Positions 1-8,596 of a stretch of 32,000 nucleotides of DNA are shown in pieces. The notes below the pieces were generated by a model. The model had not been told where the DNA came from. It ran no database searches and saw nothing but the letters and a program-made list of their open reading frames with translations. Each line of letters begins with the position of its first letter. Position 1 is the first letter of the stretch. The position numbers and the translations under genes are program-made. This stretch comes from a virus: positions 6,225 to 38,224 of IMG/VR virus record IMGVR_UViG_3300045988_135512, one strand, 5' to 3'.

Positions 1-2
1 AT

Positions 3-194
3 GAATCAAATGATGTTTATATAAGTATTGTAATGGAATATAACAAAGGAGATTTTTGGTTAGATGATTATGGAGAGAAATTATTAAATACGGATCAGAG
101 AATTGCAGCTTATGATAAGTTAGCAGAATATGTTTCGGAAGACTTTATCCATAATACAGTGATTGATGAATTAGTGGAGTGTGTTACAAAGTGA
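3..194 (+). CDS. Partial CDS entering from the left edge (C-terminal part), hypothetical protein
   Basis: Frame open from nt 3: ...ESNDVYISIVMEYNKGDFWLDDYGEKLLNTDQRIAAYDKLAEYVSEDFIHNTVIDELVECVTK*, TGA at 192-194. Confidence 0.55.
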   Translation, partial: ESNDVYISIVMEYNKGDFWLDDYGEKLLNTDQRIAAYDKLAEYVSEDFIHNTVIDELVECVTK

Positions 195-314
195 CCGATG
201 AAAGTTGGATTTGGTCAGAAAAATTAAGACAAAATAGTTACAAAATTGCACAAAAGTGGTATAATAAAACAAAGAATGTAACGTGAAAATATACAAAACA
301 AGGAGGATGTTTAT

Positions 315-932
315 ATGATCGGAACATTATTATTTTTAACTGCACTTGGTATCAGCGGGTTAAGTTGTTTAAGTGATAATCATTATTGTAAGAAGACTTC
401 TATACACAAAGAAGGTGATGATACTGTATGGTATGATCGAAAAGGACGAGAGATCCGAAACGGTGAATATACCACCTATAAAATAAAAGAGGATAAGTAT
501 GGAAATATTGGTGGCCAGGTAGTGGGTCTGAAAACTGGTAAGGTTTATGAAGATCAGCTTGCTGAAAAGTACGCTTTTCATAAAGCTGAAGAAGATGAAA
601 GTTTAAAACATGCAAAGAAAGTAGGATATCTTTCGTATGAAAAATACTATCCACAATACAATAAATCTTATACAACCGAAATAAGTACAGGGAAGATTAT
701 TTCTTGTCTGTGGGAATATCAGACAGAATGCGATGGCCCATCACATTACAGAAAATTCTATTTTGATCCTGCGACAATGAAAGTTCCAAGGGGAACTGCT
801 CCTGGTGATATGGGAATAGAAATATCACGATATGAATATGTGTATTTGCATGGACCACTTATGTTTACAGGTACACCAAATCCGTATGATTATGAAATGA
901 GAGCAAGATGCGGAGACTGGATTGCAAAGTAA
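315..932 (+). CDS. Hypothetical protein with possible N-terminal signal or membrane segment
   Basis: 205-aa ORF with AAGGAGG RBS just upstream; hydrophobic N-terminus MIGTLLFLTALGISGLS. Confidence 0.75.
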   Translation: MIGTLLFLTALGISGLSCLSDNHYCKKTSIHKEGDDTVWYDRKGREIRNGEYTTYKIKEDKYGNIGGQVVGLKTGKVYEDQLAEKYAFHKAEEDESLKHAKKVGYLSYEKYYPQYNKSYTTEISTGKIISCLWEYQTECDGPSHYRKFYFDPATMKVPRGTAPGDMGIEISRYEYVYLHGPLMFTGTPNPYDYEMRARCGDWIAK

Positions 933-979
933 ATAGGAACAAAATACAACAAAAAATAAATAAAAAGGAGAAATGAATT

Positions 980-1057
980 ATGTTAATTGAATTAATTAGT
1001 TGGGGAATTGGTTTAGCTTTCGTATTTGGACCATGGATGCCATGGAACAGGAAGTAA
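980..1057 (+). CDS. Small hydrophobic microprotein (25 aa)
   Basis: AAAAAGGAG RBS followed by ATG; MLIELISWGIGLAFVFGPWMPWNRK*. Confidence 0.4.
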   Translation: MLIELISWGIGLAFVFGPWMPWNRK

Positions 1058-1080
1058 AAATTGAATATGGAGAATATATA

Positions 1081-1110
1081 TAGGAAGGTTGGAAACAGCC
1101 TTCCTATTTT
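1081..1110 (+). terminator. Terminator-like hairpin
   Basis: TAGGAAGG (1081-1088) / CCTTCCTA (1099-1106), perfect 8-bp stem followed by TTTT. Confidence 0.6.
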
Positions 1111-1133
1111 AGTGCAAAGAAAGGATCAAAACT

Positions 1134-1373
1134 ATGAGTACAGAAGAATATATCAGAAGCGCAGCTAAACGGAATGGATGGGTTAAGTATTATATGTTGG
1201 AACGTCCGGTAAGTATTGGAACTCAGCCACAGAAAGGATTCATGGATTTTATCAACTATGATAACAAGACAAATGTAAATGGTATATCTGCCTGGGCGGA
1301 AGTATATTATGATCGGTTACTGGATCAAGAAGAACTGGATAAATATGAGATGATGAAAGGAGAAGAGTTATGA
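1134..1373 (+). CDS. Hypothetical protein
   Basis: 79-aa ORF with ATGA overlap to the next ORF. Confidence 0.65.
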   Translation: MSTEEYIRSAAKRNGWVKYYMLERPVSIGTQPQKGFMDFINYDNKTNVNGISAWAEVYYDRLLDQEELDKYEMMKGEEL

Positions 1374-1762
1374 GTCACATTGTAAGAATTATTTCAGAAA
1401 GAGAACGGAGACAACAGTCAATTTATGAACATTGTTTTCATATTATTGGCGCACCATATTATGAAACGCTTGGGTTTGGATGTGATAAAGAAGGCAATTT
1501 AACTCAGACGGATGATATGGAAAGTAAACTTAGAAATTACAATGATTGTGCCGATCATCCAGAAAAATGGGAAGATATGGGTATACGAAAAAGGTCTTGG
1601 TGGTATACAGAGCCAACACATGCAAAATGCAGCTGCGGGTATGAGGTTATCCTTCAGGGAGATACATATTGTGATGGATGCGGACAGTTGTACAATCAGT
1701 TTGGACAGGCGCTAAAAGATCCAAGTGAGTGGGAAGAAAATGATTATGATGACGAATGGTAG
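1370..1762 (+). CDS. Hypothetical protein with zinc-ribbon-like C-terminal segment
   Basis: 130-aa ORF; CSCGYEVILQGDTYCDGCG cysteine knuckles. Confidence 0.7.
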   Translation: MSHIVRIISERERRQQSIYEHCFHIIGAPYYETLGFGCDKEGNLTQTDDMESKLRNYNDCADHPEKWEDMGIRKRSWWYTEPTHAKCSCGYEVILQGDTYCDGCGQLYNQFGQALKDPSEWEENDYDDEW

Positions 1763-2100
1763 AAGGGAGAAAAATTATGAAAACAAATAAAAAGTATATT
1801 ATGATTGTAACAGCAGAAGATGAAAGATATGGAAAGCCAGGATACGGACTTGATTTCTTTGCGAATAACCCATGGGAAGGGATTTTAAATGATATTGTCT
1901 TCGGAGATAATCTTGGTGAGCTTATGATTAGTTCTGACGGAGAAGATAACGAAGGATTATTTTATGTGCTTTATGCAATGGAAAGTGAACCAGATGGAAT
2001 TGCATCTGGAACAAAAATAGGTTCTGGTGCTGTAGATTGGAGTGTTATTGAAGAAGAAATTCAGGAATATGAGTCACAAAAAGTAAACGAGACTAAGTGA
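1756..2100 (+). CDS. Hypothetical protein
   Basis: 114-aa ORF overlapping the previous ORF end. The real start may be M8 (ATGAAAACAAAT) after AGAAGGGAG. Confidence 0.65.
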   Translation: MVEGRKIMKTNKKYIMIVTAEDERYGKPGYGLDFFANNPWEGILNDIVFGDNLGELMISSDGEDNEGLFYVLYAMESEPDGIASGTKIGSGAVDWSVIEEEIQEYESQKVNETK

Positions 2101-2108
2101 AAACTAAT

Positions 2109-2126
2109 GGTTATAATGTTATAACC
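2109..2126. promoter_or_regulatory. Palindromic operator-like site
   Basis: GGTTATAA-TG-TTATAACC, 8-nt perfect arms, a few nt before a TATAAT hexamer. Confidence 0.35.
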
Positions 2127-2222
2127 TATGATATAATATTGTTAGGAAATAATAGATTCATTTGGAGTGGAATTGTCGTAAGGCAGTTCTGTTTCTGATA
2201 TAATGGAGAATATAATATTGAG

Positions 2223-2456
2223 GTGATTTGTATGGAATATCCAAAAGAAATTTACTTGGATGGTTATACATATACGCAAATGTATGAACATGAAAAAGGT
2301 GGAATGTATTATCATTCAGAAGAATGCAGCGATGTTATTACAGGTTCATTTATTAGTTTATATCCAGATGGAAGATTAACATATTTATGGGATGGATATG
2401 AACATGAATATGGAAAATATGATTTTGAAAATAATAAAAAGATTGGAGGATTATAA
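2223..2456 (+). CDS. Hypothetical protein
   Basis: 77-aa ORF; likely true start at M3 (ATGGAATATCC). Confidence 0.65.
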   Translation: MICMEYPKEIYLDGYTYTQMYEHEKGGMYYHSEECSDVITGSFISLYPDGRLTYLWDGYEHEYGKYDFENNKKIGGL

Positions 2457-2458
2457 AT

Positions 2459-2719
2459 ATGTTATATACAATAGTACATACAGTAATTAATAATAAAGGA
2501 GAACACCCAGAAGCAAACGCAAGGGTGCTTGGGATATATTCAAATGAAAATGTTGCTATTAATGAAGCGGAAAAATGGATTAAGAATACAAAGACTTCTG
2601 ACATAAATGTAAAGAGAATAACAGACACAGAATGGTATTTTTGGTATGAAGAGAATGGAAATAGCTATGGCGGTTATGTAGATGTATATGGAAAAAGATT
2701 AGACGAGCCAATTGAATAA
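2459..2719 (+). CDS. Hypothetical protein
   Basis: 86-aa ORF closely spaced to neighbours. Confidence 0.65.
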   Translation: MLYTIVHTVINNKGEHPEANARVLGIYSNENVAINEAEKWIKNTKTSDINVKRITDTEWYFWYEENGNSYGGYVDVYGKRLDEPIE

Positions 2720-3083
2720 ACCAATGAAACCAAGTTTTCTTTTGGAAAGGAATTATGTTATGAAATATGCAAATAGACTAAATGATGAAGAATTAAGAGA
2801 AGTATATGGCTTATTTATTGATTCAAATGGAAAAATCAATGAACTAAATATTACAAGAGATGAATGTTCTATTGGACTAGAGGGGTATGTAGAGGTTCCT
2901 GATTTTGACGAAGAACTAAAAGAAAACCCGAATGCAACTATTATCCTTGATGACGATTATGAAATCACAGATTATGATGTTACAGTGTATAACCATTCAG
3001 GTGATTGTACGCCAGATTATCGAAAATGGATGTATAAAAAATTTGGTGATGAATATGCAAGAAATTACTTATTTAATGCCTAA
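2712..3083 (+). CDS. Hypothetical protein
   Basis: 123-aa ORF with 8-nt overlap with upstream ORF. Confidence 0.65.
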   Translation: MNKPMKPSFLLERNYVMKYANRLNDEELREVYGLFIDSNGKINELNITRDECSIGLEGYVEVPDFDEELKENPNATIILDDDYEITDYDVTVYNHSGDCTPDYRKWMYKKFGDEYARNYLFNA

Positions 3084-3387
3084 GAAATCTAAATTTGTTA
3101 TAAAAGAAGATAAAAAACAATGGATATTAAAATATATGTCACAACATAAAGATGAGTGTATTGATGTTTTATCAGAGAATTTTGTAAACGCATATATAAA
3201 TGAGTTTCATCCGAAAATCGTAGAATGGTATTTATATGGCGCACCGAAAGTACATGAAATTGGTATGCTACTTGCAGAATTATACAAAGAGAATAAAGTA
3301 AGTAGATATAGGCATTATTGTAAAATCTGGCGAGACGGATATCCAAAATGGTTTTATGTTTACTTTTTAATAGACAATGAAATTTAA
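3061..3387 (+). CDS. Hypothetical protein (3' part of ORF 2932-3387, start uncertain)
   Basis: The ORF track gives 2932-3387, but the first part is a shadow of ORF 2712-3083. The residues from about KKSKFVIKEDKKQWILKYMSQHKDECIDVL onward look genuine. Confidence 0.4.
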   Translation, partial: EITYLMPKKSKFVIKEDKKQWILKYMSQHKDECIDVLSENFVNAYINEFHPKIVEWYLYGAPKVHEIGMLLAELYKENKVSRYRHYCKIWRDGYPKWFYVYFLIDNEI

Positions 3388-3850
3388 CTTTCTTTTGATG
3401 ATTGGAGGTAGAAAAATGGAAAATAAAAATTTAAATAGCTATGGATATTTATTAAATTGCCCAGATGAAATGCTTGGCGATGTGAATAAAACGATGAACG
3501 ATAAACGAGCCATTATAAATTGGAATAATTTTAATGTAGGTGATGCTTTTTACACAGAAAATATTTACAGATGTGTAATGGTAGATCACGTAATGAAAAG
3601 AATTATGTTTGTAACTGAAGAGGAATATAAAAATGAGTTTGAATTAAGATATAATAACAATAAATATAAAAAGCCAGATATGAGAGAAAAGATAAAAGAA
3701 TATATTGGTGAGCTTGATACAGAAATTGATAGGCTTGAGGGTTTATTAAAAAATACTGATAGTCCATATGATTTACAGATTAAAGGTAGGCTGAATGCAA
3801 TAATCGAAGTGAAGAATGATTTACTTGGTAGATTAGAAGAGGCGATATAG
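3377..3850 (+). CDS. Hypothetical protein with C-terminal coiled coil
   Basis: 157-aa ORF. The internal MENKNLN start (3416) after GGAGG is more plausible. Confidence 0.65.
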   Translation: MKFNFLLMIGGRKMENKNLNSYGYLLNCPDEMLGDVNKTMNDKRAIINWNNFNVGDAFYTENIYRCVMVDHVMKRIMFVTEEEYKNEFELRYNNNKYKKPDMREKIKEYIGELDTEIDRLEGLLKNTDSPYDLQIKGRLNAIIEVKNDLLGRLEEAI

Positions 3851-4018
3851 GTGGCAAGAATAATAGATAAGCCAAATAAAATAAAAGTGAAACTCATTGT
3901 AGAAGTAGAAGCAGAATTCTATGATGATGAGTCATCAGAAGAAACATTAAGATATTGTGTTGAACAAGACTTGGAAGATGCAGGATTCAATGTTATTGAT
4001 GTTTCAGTCATGAAATGA
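3851..4018 (+). CDS. Small hypothetical acidic protein (55 aa), GTG start
   Basis: GTG immediately after the previous stop; MARIIDKPNKIKVKLIVEVEAEFYDDESSEETLRYCVEQDLEDAGFNVIDVSVMK*. Confidence 0.5.
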   Translation: MARIIDKPNKIKVKLIVEVEAEFYDDESSEETLRYCVEQDLEDAGFNVIDVSVMK

Positions 4019-4050
4019 CGATTTTATTAGTACGAAGAGCAGGTGATTGA

Positions 4051-4635
4051 ATGTATAAAAACATGTTAGAGTTGTTAGAAGAAAGAGAAAATAACGGCTG
4101 GAAGTTAGAGAAATTTGAAATAAAACAAGGAAATTTTAGAGCAATGATTGATGGTATTATGCCCGGAAAATATATTAGATTAACACATAATGGAGAATGT
4201 GTTATGTCCGACACGGATATGGAACAACGCACAAATTTAAGATTTTGCTCAAAGGCTTATGGAGATATTATCATTGGTGGTCTTGGAATTGGAATGATTA
4301 TTATAGCAATACAAGATAAACCAGAAGTTAAAAGCATAACTGTAATTGAAAAGAATCAAGAAGTAATTGATTTGGTTGCATCGCAGCTTGATTTTAACGA
4401 AAAGGTCAATATTATATGTGCAGATGTATTCGAATGGAAGCCTGAACGTGGTGTAAAATATGACATGGCATATATGGATATTTGGAATTGGATTAATGAA
4501 GATATTTATAAAGAAGAAATGCAGCCATTAAAAAGAAAATATGCAAGATTTCTTAGGAGCAAAGACATAAACCCAAACAGATTTAATGAATGTTGGGCTG
4601 AATATCAGGCGAAAAACGGAAGAAGATTAGCATAA
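4051..4635 (+). CDS. Class I SAM-dependent methyltransferase / spermidine-synthase-like fold
   Basis: Glycine-rich motif IIIGGLGIGMIIIAI, acidic strand ITVIEKNQEVIDLV, and NIICADVFEWKP typical of the Rossmann MTase core. Confidence 0.6.
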   Translation: MYKNMLELLEERENNGWKLEKFEIKQGNFRAMIDGIMPGKYIRLTHNGECVMSDTDMEQRTNLRFCSKAYGDIIIGGLGIGMIIIAIQDKPEVKSITVIEKNQEVIDLVASQLDFNEKVNIICADVFEWKPERGVKYDMAYMDIWNWINEDIYKEEMQPLKRKYARFLRSKDINPNRFNECWAEYQAKNGRRLA

Positions 4636-4672
4636 TGAAAAATTGCTTTCATTAGGAAATGGAGATGGTTAA

Positions 4673-4906
4673 ATGGATTTAGATAATATAACCGATATTG
4701 AAGTTTTAAAAAGTGCATTGAAAAAGTATATGGTTCAAATGAAAAAAGATGCACATTCAAATGATGGCACGGATTATTTTTTTAAAGAAGGGCTTTGGTA
4801 TTATGTTACTCAAGATGAAACAGGTGTGACAATTTATTCAGATAATATGGAACACGATTGTATTTTTGATTATGATACCGCAAAGAGATATTTAAATGTA
4901 GGATAA
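4673..4906 (+). CDS. Hypothetical protein
   Basis: 77-aa ORF with GGAGATGG upstream. Confidence 0.55.
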   Translation: MDLDNITDIEVLKSALKKYMVQMKKDAHSNDGTDYFFKEGLWYYVTQDETGVTIYSDNMEHDCIFDYDTAKRYLNVG

Positions 4907-4965
4907 AAAATTAAATAAAGGTTGGTTTCATCGATAACTTTGTGTATTGAGTGTGTATAAAAACG

Positions 4966-4993
4966 TTGACATTACACAATAAGTGTGTATAAT
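4966..4993 (+). promoter_or_regulatory. Putative sigma-70-type promoter of the HicAB operon with operator-like dyad
   Basis: TTGACA (4966-4971), 16-nt spacer, TATAAT (4988-4993). The spacer contains TACAC-N7-GTGTA. Confidence 0.6.
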
Positions 4994-5017
4994 ATATGTA
5001 TAAGGAGGCAGACACCC

Positions 5018-5191
5018 ATGAAAAGAACGGAATTAGTCAGTAGGCTAGAAAAAGGTGGTTTTGTCTTTGAGAGACACGGTGGCAGTCATGACATATATGT
5101 TCGGGGAAACGTGAAAGAAACAATTCCGAGACATAAAGAAATTGATGAGCGATTGGCAAAGGCAATACTAAAGAGAAATGGACTTTTATAG
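5018..5191 (+). CDS. hicA: HicA-family mRNA interferase toxin
   Basis: MKRTELVSRLEKGGFVFERHGGSHDIYVRGNVKETIPRHKEIDERLAKAILKRNGL has the canonical GGF...R..GSH..Y motif. RBS AAGGAGG upstream. Confidence 0.85.
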   Translation: MKRTELVSRLEKGGFVFERHGGSHDIYVRGNVKETIPRHKEIDERLAKAILKRNGLL

Positions 5192-5249
5192 TCCATTATT
5201 TCTTTAGTATCATATGAATATCAATAATTAGAGAATGGAGGTTTAAAAG

Positions 5250-5669
5250 ATGAAAAATGTATATCCTGTATTTTTTACAAAAACAAATGAAGATATATTA
5301 GTTGAAGTCCCAGATTTTGGAATTTTAACAGAAGGTAAGGATATGAATGATGCCATGAATATGGCACGAGACGCAATTGAATTAAAATGTGTATCAATGG
5401 AAGATAATAAAGAAGAAATTCCGACACCATCTGAATTCAAAGAATTAAATCCGGCAAATGGAACATTTGCAAACGATGGAGAAACCGTAGTCTCATTTGT
5501 AGATATTGATTCTACATTATATAGGAAGAAAATTGATACAAAAACCGTAAGAAGAAATGTTGCCTTACCAAGCTGGTTAAATTATGCTGCGGATCAAGCA
5601 GGAATTAATGTGTCACGGATTTTACAGGAAGCACTTATGAGAACATTAAAAGTGGAGAATAGGATGTGA
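5250..5669 (+). CDS. hicB: HicB-family antitoxin
   Basis: MKNVYPVFFTKTNEDILVEVPDFGILTEGKDMNDAMNMARDAI plus C-terminal DNA-binding tail (ALPSWLNYAADQAGINVSRILQEAL). Confidence 0.85.
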   Translation: MKNVYPVFFTKTNEDILVEVPDFGILTEGKDMNDAMNMARDAIELKCVSMEDNKEEIPTPSEFKELNPANGTFANDGETVVSFVDIDSTLYRKKIDTKTVRRNVALPSWLNYAADQAGINVSRILQEALMRTLKVENRM

Positions 5670-5673
5670 CTTA

Positions 5674-5826
5674 ATGGAAAATTATATGAATCTGCCAGTT
5701 GAGTACAAGTGGATCGATCAGGATATTATAAATGAATATCAGCGCTGCCAGGATAAGAAACAGGTAGCGAAGATATATTTGATTAGCGTAAAAGAAGTGA
5801 CGGAAATCCTAAAACGGAATAAGTGA
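5674..5826 (+). CDS. Small protein (50 aa) with HTH-like segment
   Basis: MENYMNLPVEYKWIDQDIINEYQRCQDKKQVAKIYLISVKEVTEILKRNK*; starts 5 nt after the hicB stop. Confidence 0.5.
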   Translation: MENYMNLPVEYKWIDQDIINEYQRCQDKKQVAKIYLISVKEVTEILKRNK

Positions 5827-5839
5827 ATATGGCTTTATG

Positions 5840-5870
5840 TAGGAGCAGAGAAATCTGCTTCTATTTTTTT
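5840..5870 (+). terminator. Intrinsic terminator
   Basis: TAGGAGCAGA-gaaa-TCTGCTTCTA stem (one G.T) followed by TTTTTTT. Confidence 0.8.
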
Positions 5871-5929
5871 ACGCAAAATTGAAATGGATTTAGAGAATAA
5901 GACATCAGACGATGTGGAGGTAATATTTT

Positions 5930-6931
5930 ATGGAAGAGAAAAGCAGATACGCAACAAAGAAAAAAGGTAAAACAGAGGTGCAGCCATTATGGAATATGGC
6001 GGATATTAAAGCTGTTGTAGAATGGTTTGAGAAGAAGGAAGATTGGGATGGATATTTTATTACTATGTTAGAACTTCTTCTTGGTAGAAGAATTGGTGAT
6101 ACTATCTCTATGAAGTGGTCTGATCTGTATTATGAAAACGGAAAGAGAAAAGAAGCAATCAATACTATCGTAGAGCAGAAAACAGGTAAAGTTACTGAAC
6201 TGCCAGTAAGTCATATGACATATGAAGCAATGGATATTTATTTGGACCATACCGGCATTGATCCAATGCAGCATTATGATGAGTTTATTTTTAAATATGA
6301 AGCGAAATCAGCGTGGATTCAGCGATATGATAATCCAGTATATAATAATACAGATATAGAAGAGTGGTGCAGATTTTTAGGAAAGGATTTTACAGAAGAT
6401 AGAAAACAGAAAATCTTAAAGGATTTTGAAAAACAGAAAGAATATAGGACTCTTGGCGGTTACTTATATTATGAAGTGGAATGGAATGATGTTGTAAAGT
6501 GGCAGTCTGATGAATACAGAAGAAAATTGAAACAGGCAGTTGCTGCAATTGGCATTACCAGTCCCGTGTCGACTCACAGCCTTCGTAAGACGTTAGGCTA
6601 CTGGACACATAAAATGCATATGTTTGATCCGAACTGTCTGCTAACATTACAGAAGCTTTTTAATCATGCAGACTTGAAAACTACAATGACTTACATCGGT
6701 TTGATTGAAGAACAGAAGAGAAGGTATCTGGAAGATCACGGTGAGTTCATTAAAAATGTCCTGGCTGGCAAGGGAGACGAAATTATCAAAAACATGCCGG
6801 TCATTTCTCTAAAATCAAATGACTTTGGAAATGTAATTATGAATGTTATCAAGGGAATGCAGGACGGAAAAGAAGCCATTGAGGTTTACCAGATTGCTAT
6901 TGATATGGCAAACGAGATGAGAATTGCATAA
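5930..6931 (+). CDS. Tyrosine recombinase / phage-integrase family, essentially catalytic domain only
   Basis: LLGRRIGDTISMKWSDL (Arg I), HSLRKTLGYW (HxxR), LFNHADLKTTMTYIG (H...Y nucleophile). Confidence 0.85.
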   Translation: MEEKSRYATKKKGKTEVQPLWNMADIKAVVEWFEKKEDWDGYFITMLELLLGRRIGDTISMKWSDLYYENGKRKEAINTIVEQKTGKVTELPVSHMTYEAMDIYLDHTGIDPMQHYDEFIFKYEAKSAWIQRYDNPVYNNTDIEEWCRFLGKDFTEDRKQKILKDFEKQKEYRTLGGYLYYEVEWNDVVKWQSDEYRRKLKQAVAAIGITSPVSTHSLRKTLGYWTHKMHMFDPNCLLTLQKLFNHADLKTTMTYIGLIEEQKRRYLEDHGEFIKNVLAGKGDEIIKNMPVISLKSNDFGNVIMNVIKGMQDGKEAIEVYQIAIDMANEMRIA

Positions 6932-6944
6932 AGAAAAGGCGGTG

Positions 6945-7400
6945 CTATTTTTTAGCATCGCCTAGCTCAAGGGCTTTTAATTTTTCGTCAATAGATTGAT
7001 CAACTGATTCTTTTATTATTGGTTTTAATATTTGATTGGCTATTTTTAAAAAAGTTTTATCTGATTTTAAATAATCGGCATCTTGTAACCTAAAAATAAG
7101 ACTAGGTTCTTTTTCGTTGTCATTTCTTAATGCTATATCAGGATATATTTGTGATTGTTCTGAATCCTTATCTGATATATTTTGGGGTCCTCTAAAAGGT
7201 TTATCAGCATCTTGAATTAAATCATTTGGAGTACAATGTAAAACATCGCAGATTTTTGAAAGTGAGTCCATTCGTATATTTTTGGTTTCACCGTTACATA
7301 TTCTTTGGATGTTGTTTGGAGCAATTCTTGTTTGCATACTTAGCCAGTATGGAGTTTGCCCAATAGCATCTAAATATTCTTTTACATATAATTTTAACAT
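6945..7400 (-). CDS. XRE/Cro-type helix-turn-helix regulator
   Basis: LSMQTRIAPNNIQRICNGETKNIRMDSLSKICDVLHCTPNDLI is a typical HTH_3 pattern. Confidence 0.8.
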   Translation of the reverse strand: MLKLYVKEYLDAIGQTPYWLSMQTRIAPNNIQRICNGETKNIRMDSLSKICDVLHCTPNDLIQDADKPFRGPQNISDKDSEQSQIYPDIALRNDNEKEPSLIFRLQDADYLKSDKTFLKIANQILKPIIKESVDQSIDEKLKALELGDAKK

Positions 7401-7537
7401 TCGGATGATCCTTTCTAATAAATATTTAATTATGTATTAGTATAAGGGATTTTAATGTTTATGTATTCATAATATACCAGAATATAACATACAAATCAAT
7501 AATATATGAATTTATATATATTTATTCGTAATATATC

Positions 7538-7566
7538 TTGACATATAATATGAATTAGTATATAGT
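7538..7566 (+). promoter_or_regulatory. Putative promoter for the MazF-like gene
   Basis: TTGACA (7538-7543), 17-nt spacer, TATAGT (7561-7566), then AAGGAGG RBS. Confidence 0.5.
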
Positions 7567-7600
7567 ATAATTACAAATCAAGAGGAAAGGAGGATGCAGA

Positions 7601-7957
7601 GTGGAAGGCGGTTATAAGAAGTTTGATGTGGTATTAGTAGATTTCGGAGAAGAAATAGCTGGTGAACAAGGCGGTATAAGACCAGCTGTAATAGTACAGA
7701 ATAATATAGGGAATAGGTATAGTATTTCCACGGTTGTTATGCCATTTACATCACAACCTAAAAGTTTAAAGCAATCTACGCATTCTCTCTTTCCTGCAAA
7801 CGAGAAATATGGTTTTACAAAAGACTCTTATCTTTTAGGAGAATGTATAAGACAGATCTCCGAACAGAGAATTATAAAAAAAATGGGTACTATTACTGAT
7901 AATGCTGGTAGAGAAGAAGTAAAAAGAGTTTACTTCTCAAATTGGGGAAATGACTAG
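7601..7957 (+). CDS. mazF: MazF/PemK-family endoribonuclease toxin
   Basis: FDVVLVDFGEEIAGEQGGIRPAVIVQNNIGNRYSISTVVMPFTSQ...LLGECIRQISEQRI matches the PemK/MazF pattern. Confidence 0.85.
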   Translation: MEGGYKKFDVVLVDFGEEIAGEQGGIRPAVIVQNNIGNRYSISTVVMPFTSQPKSLKQSTHSLFPANEKYGFTKDSYLLGECIRQISEQRIIKKMGTITDNAGREEVKRVYFSNWGND

Positions 7958-7966
7958 GAGGATATT

Positions 7967-8245
7967 ATGGAGTATATATTAATGACAGTAGAAGAGGCAA
8001 AGAAGATGGCAAAAAAAGATGCTGTTGTTCTTGTAGCAGTAAATGATTTAGAAAATCCCAAGGATATAAGTGAATTTTCAAAGAAGAGATTTTTTGAATG
8101 TGAGAAAATAATCAAAGAAGCAGAAACCATAGCATCTGTTTGTGATGACTTTATTAAACAGCTTAGATGCTATACTGAAAGGCAAGATACATTTCCTGAT
8201 CTAAGACTAAAAGGAAAGGAGAGTGTAATTCTTTTGCGGGAATAG
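7967..8245 (+). CDS. Hypothetical protein co-transcribed with mazF-like gene
   Basis: 92-aa ORF 9 nt downstream of mazF-like stop, with AGGAGG RBS. Confidence 0.65.
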   Translation: MEYILMTVEEAKKMAKKDAVVLVAVNDLENPKDISEFSKKRFFECEKIIKEAETIASVCDDFIKQLRCYTERQDTFPDLRLKGKESVILLRE

Positions 8246-8253
8246 AACAAAAT

Positions 8254-8267
8254 CGAACAAATGTTCG
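8254..8267. promoter_or_regulatory. LexA/DinR-type SOS box 1
   Basis: CGAACAAATGTTCG, exact match to the Gram-positive consensus CGAACRNRYGTTYG as I know it. Confidence 0.7.
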
Positions 8268-8276
8268 ATAAAGTAG

Positions 8277-8305
8277 TTGACAGAACAAATGTTCGGTTAT
8301 ATAAT
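8277..8305 (+). promoter_or_regulatory. Consensus sigma-70/SigA promoter overlapped by SOS box 2
   Basis: TTGACA (8277-8282), exactly 17 nt, TATAAT (8300-8305). AGAACAAATGTTCG (8282-8295) lies in the spacer. Confidence 0.75.
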
Positions 8306-8345
8306 AGCAAATGTAAAGATTTCCAGAAATGGAAAGGAAAATAAA

Positions 8346-8403
8346 AAGACTACTATCCGCAAGCTTACGTGGTTGCCGCCACTGGCTTGTTTCAGGTAGT
8401 CTT
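8346..8403 (+). other. Stem-loop in the leader RNA
   Basis: AAGACTAC (8346-8353) / GTAGTCTT (8396-8403), with nested CAAGC/GCTTG and GTGG/CCAC. Confidence 0.5.
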
Positions 8404-8523
8404 AATACATAGCTCGACCAAGATACTATGCACTACATATTATACTTTGTTTCATTTCATAAATCAAGTTAATCAAAGCAAGTATCTGCTGAAATTTTCC
8501 AATCTTTATTTTTAGATGATTAT

Positions 8524-8596
8524 AGGGCTGTAGTCAAGCGGTTAAGACTCGACACTTTGACTGTCGCATACGTGGGTTCAAATCCCACCAGCCCCG
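8524..8596 (+). tRNA. tRNA-Gln (UUG)
   Basis: Cloverleaf: acceptor AGGGCTG/CAGCCCC (A1-C72 mismatch), D arm GTC...GAC, anticodon arm CGACA-CTTTGAC-TGTCG (anticodon TTG), T arm GTGGG-TTCAAAT-CCCAC. CCA not encoded. Confidence 0.8.

Noticed and set aside
1512-1715. Plus-strand overlapping ORFs such as 1512-1715, 17847-18053, 20600-20800, 21276-21491, 23617-23823, 25136-25360 and 25603-25809
   Set aside because: They are out-of-frame overlaps with better-supported genes or lack convincing initiation signals.
6068-6274. Minus-strand ORF 6068-6274
   Set aside because: It is antisense to the catalytic region of the tyrosine recombinase, with no initiation signal.
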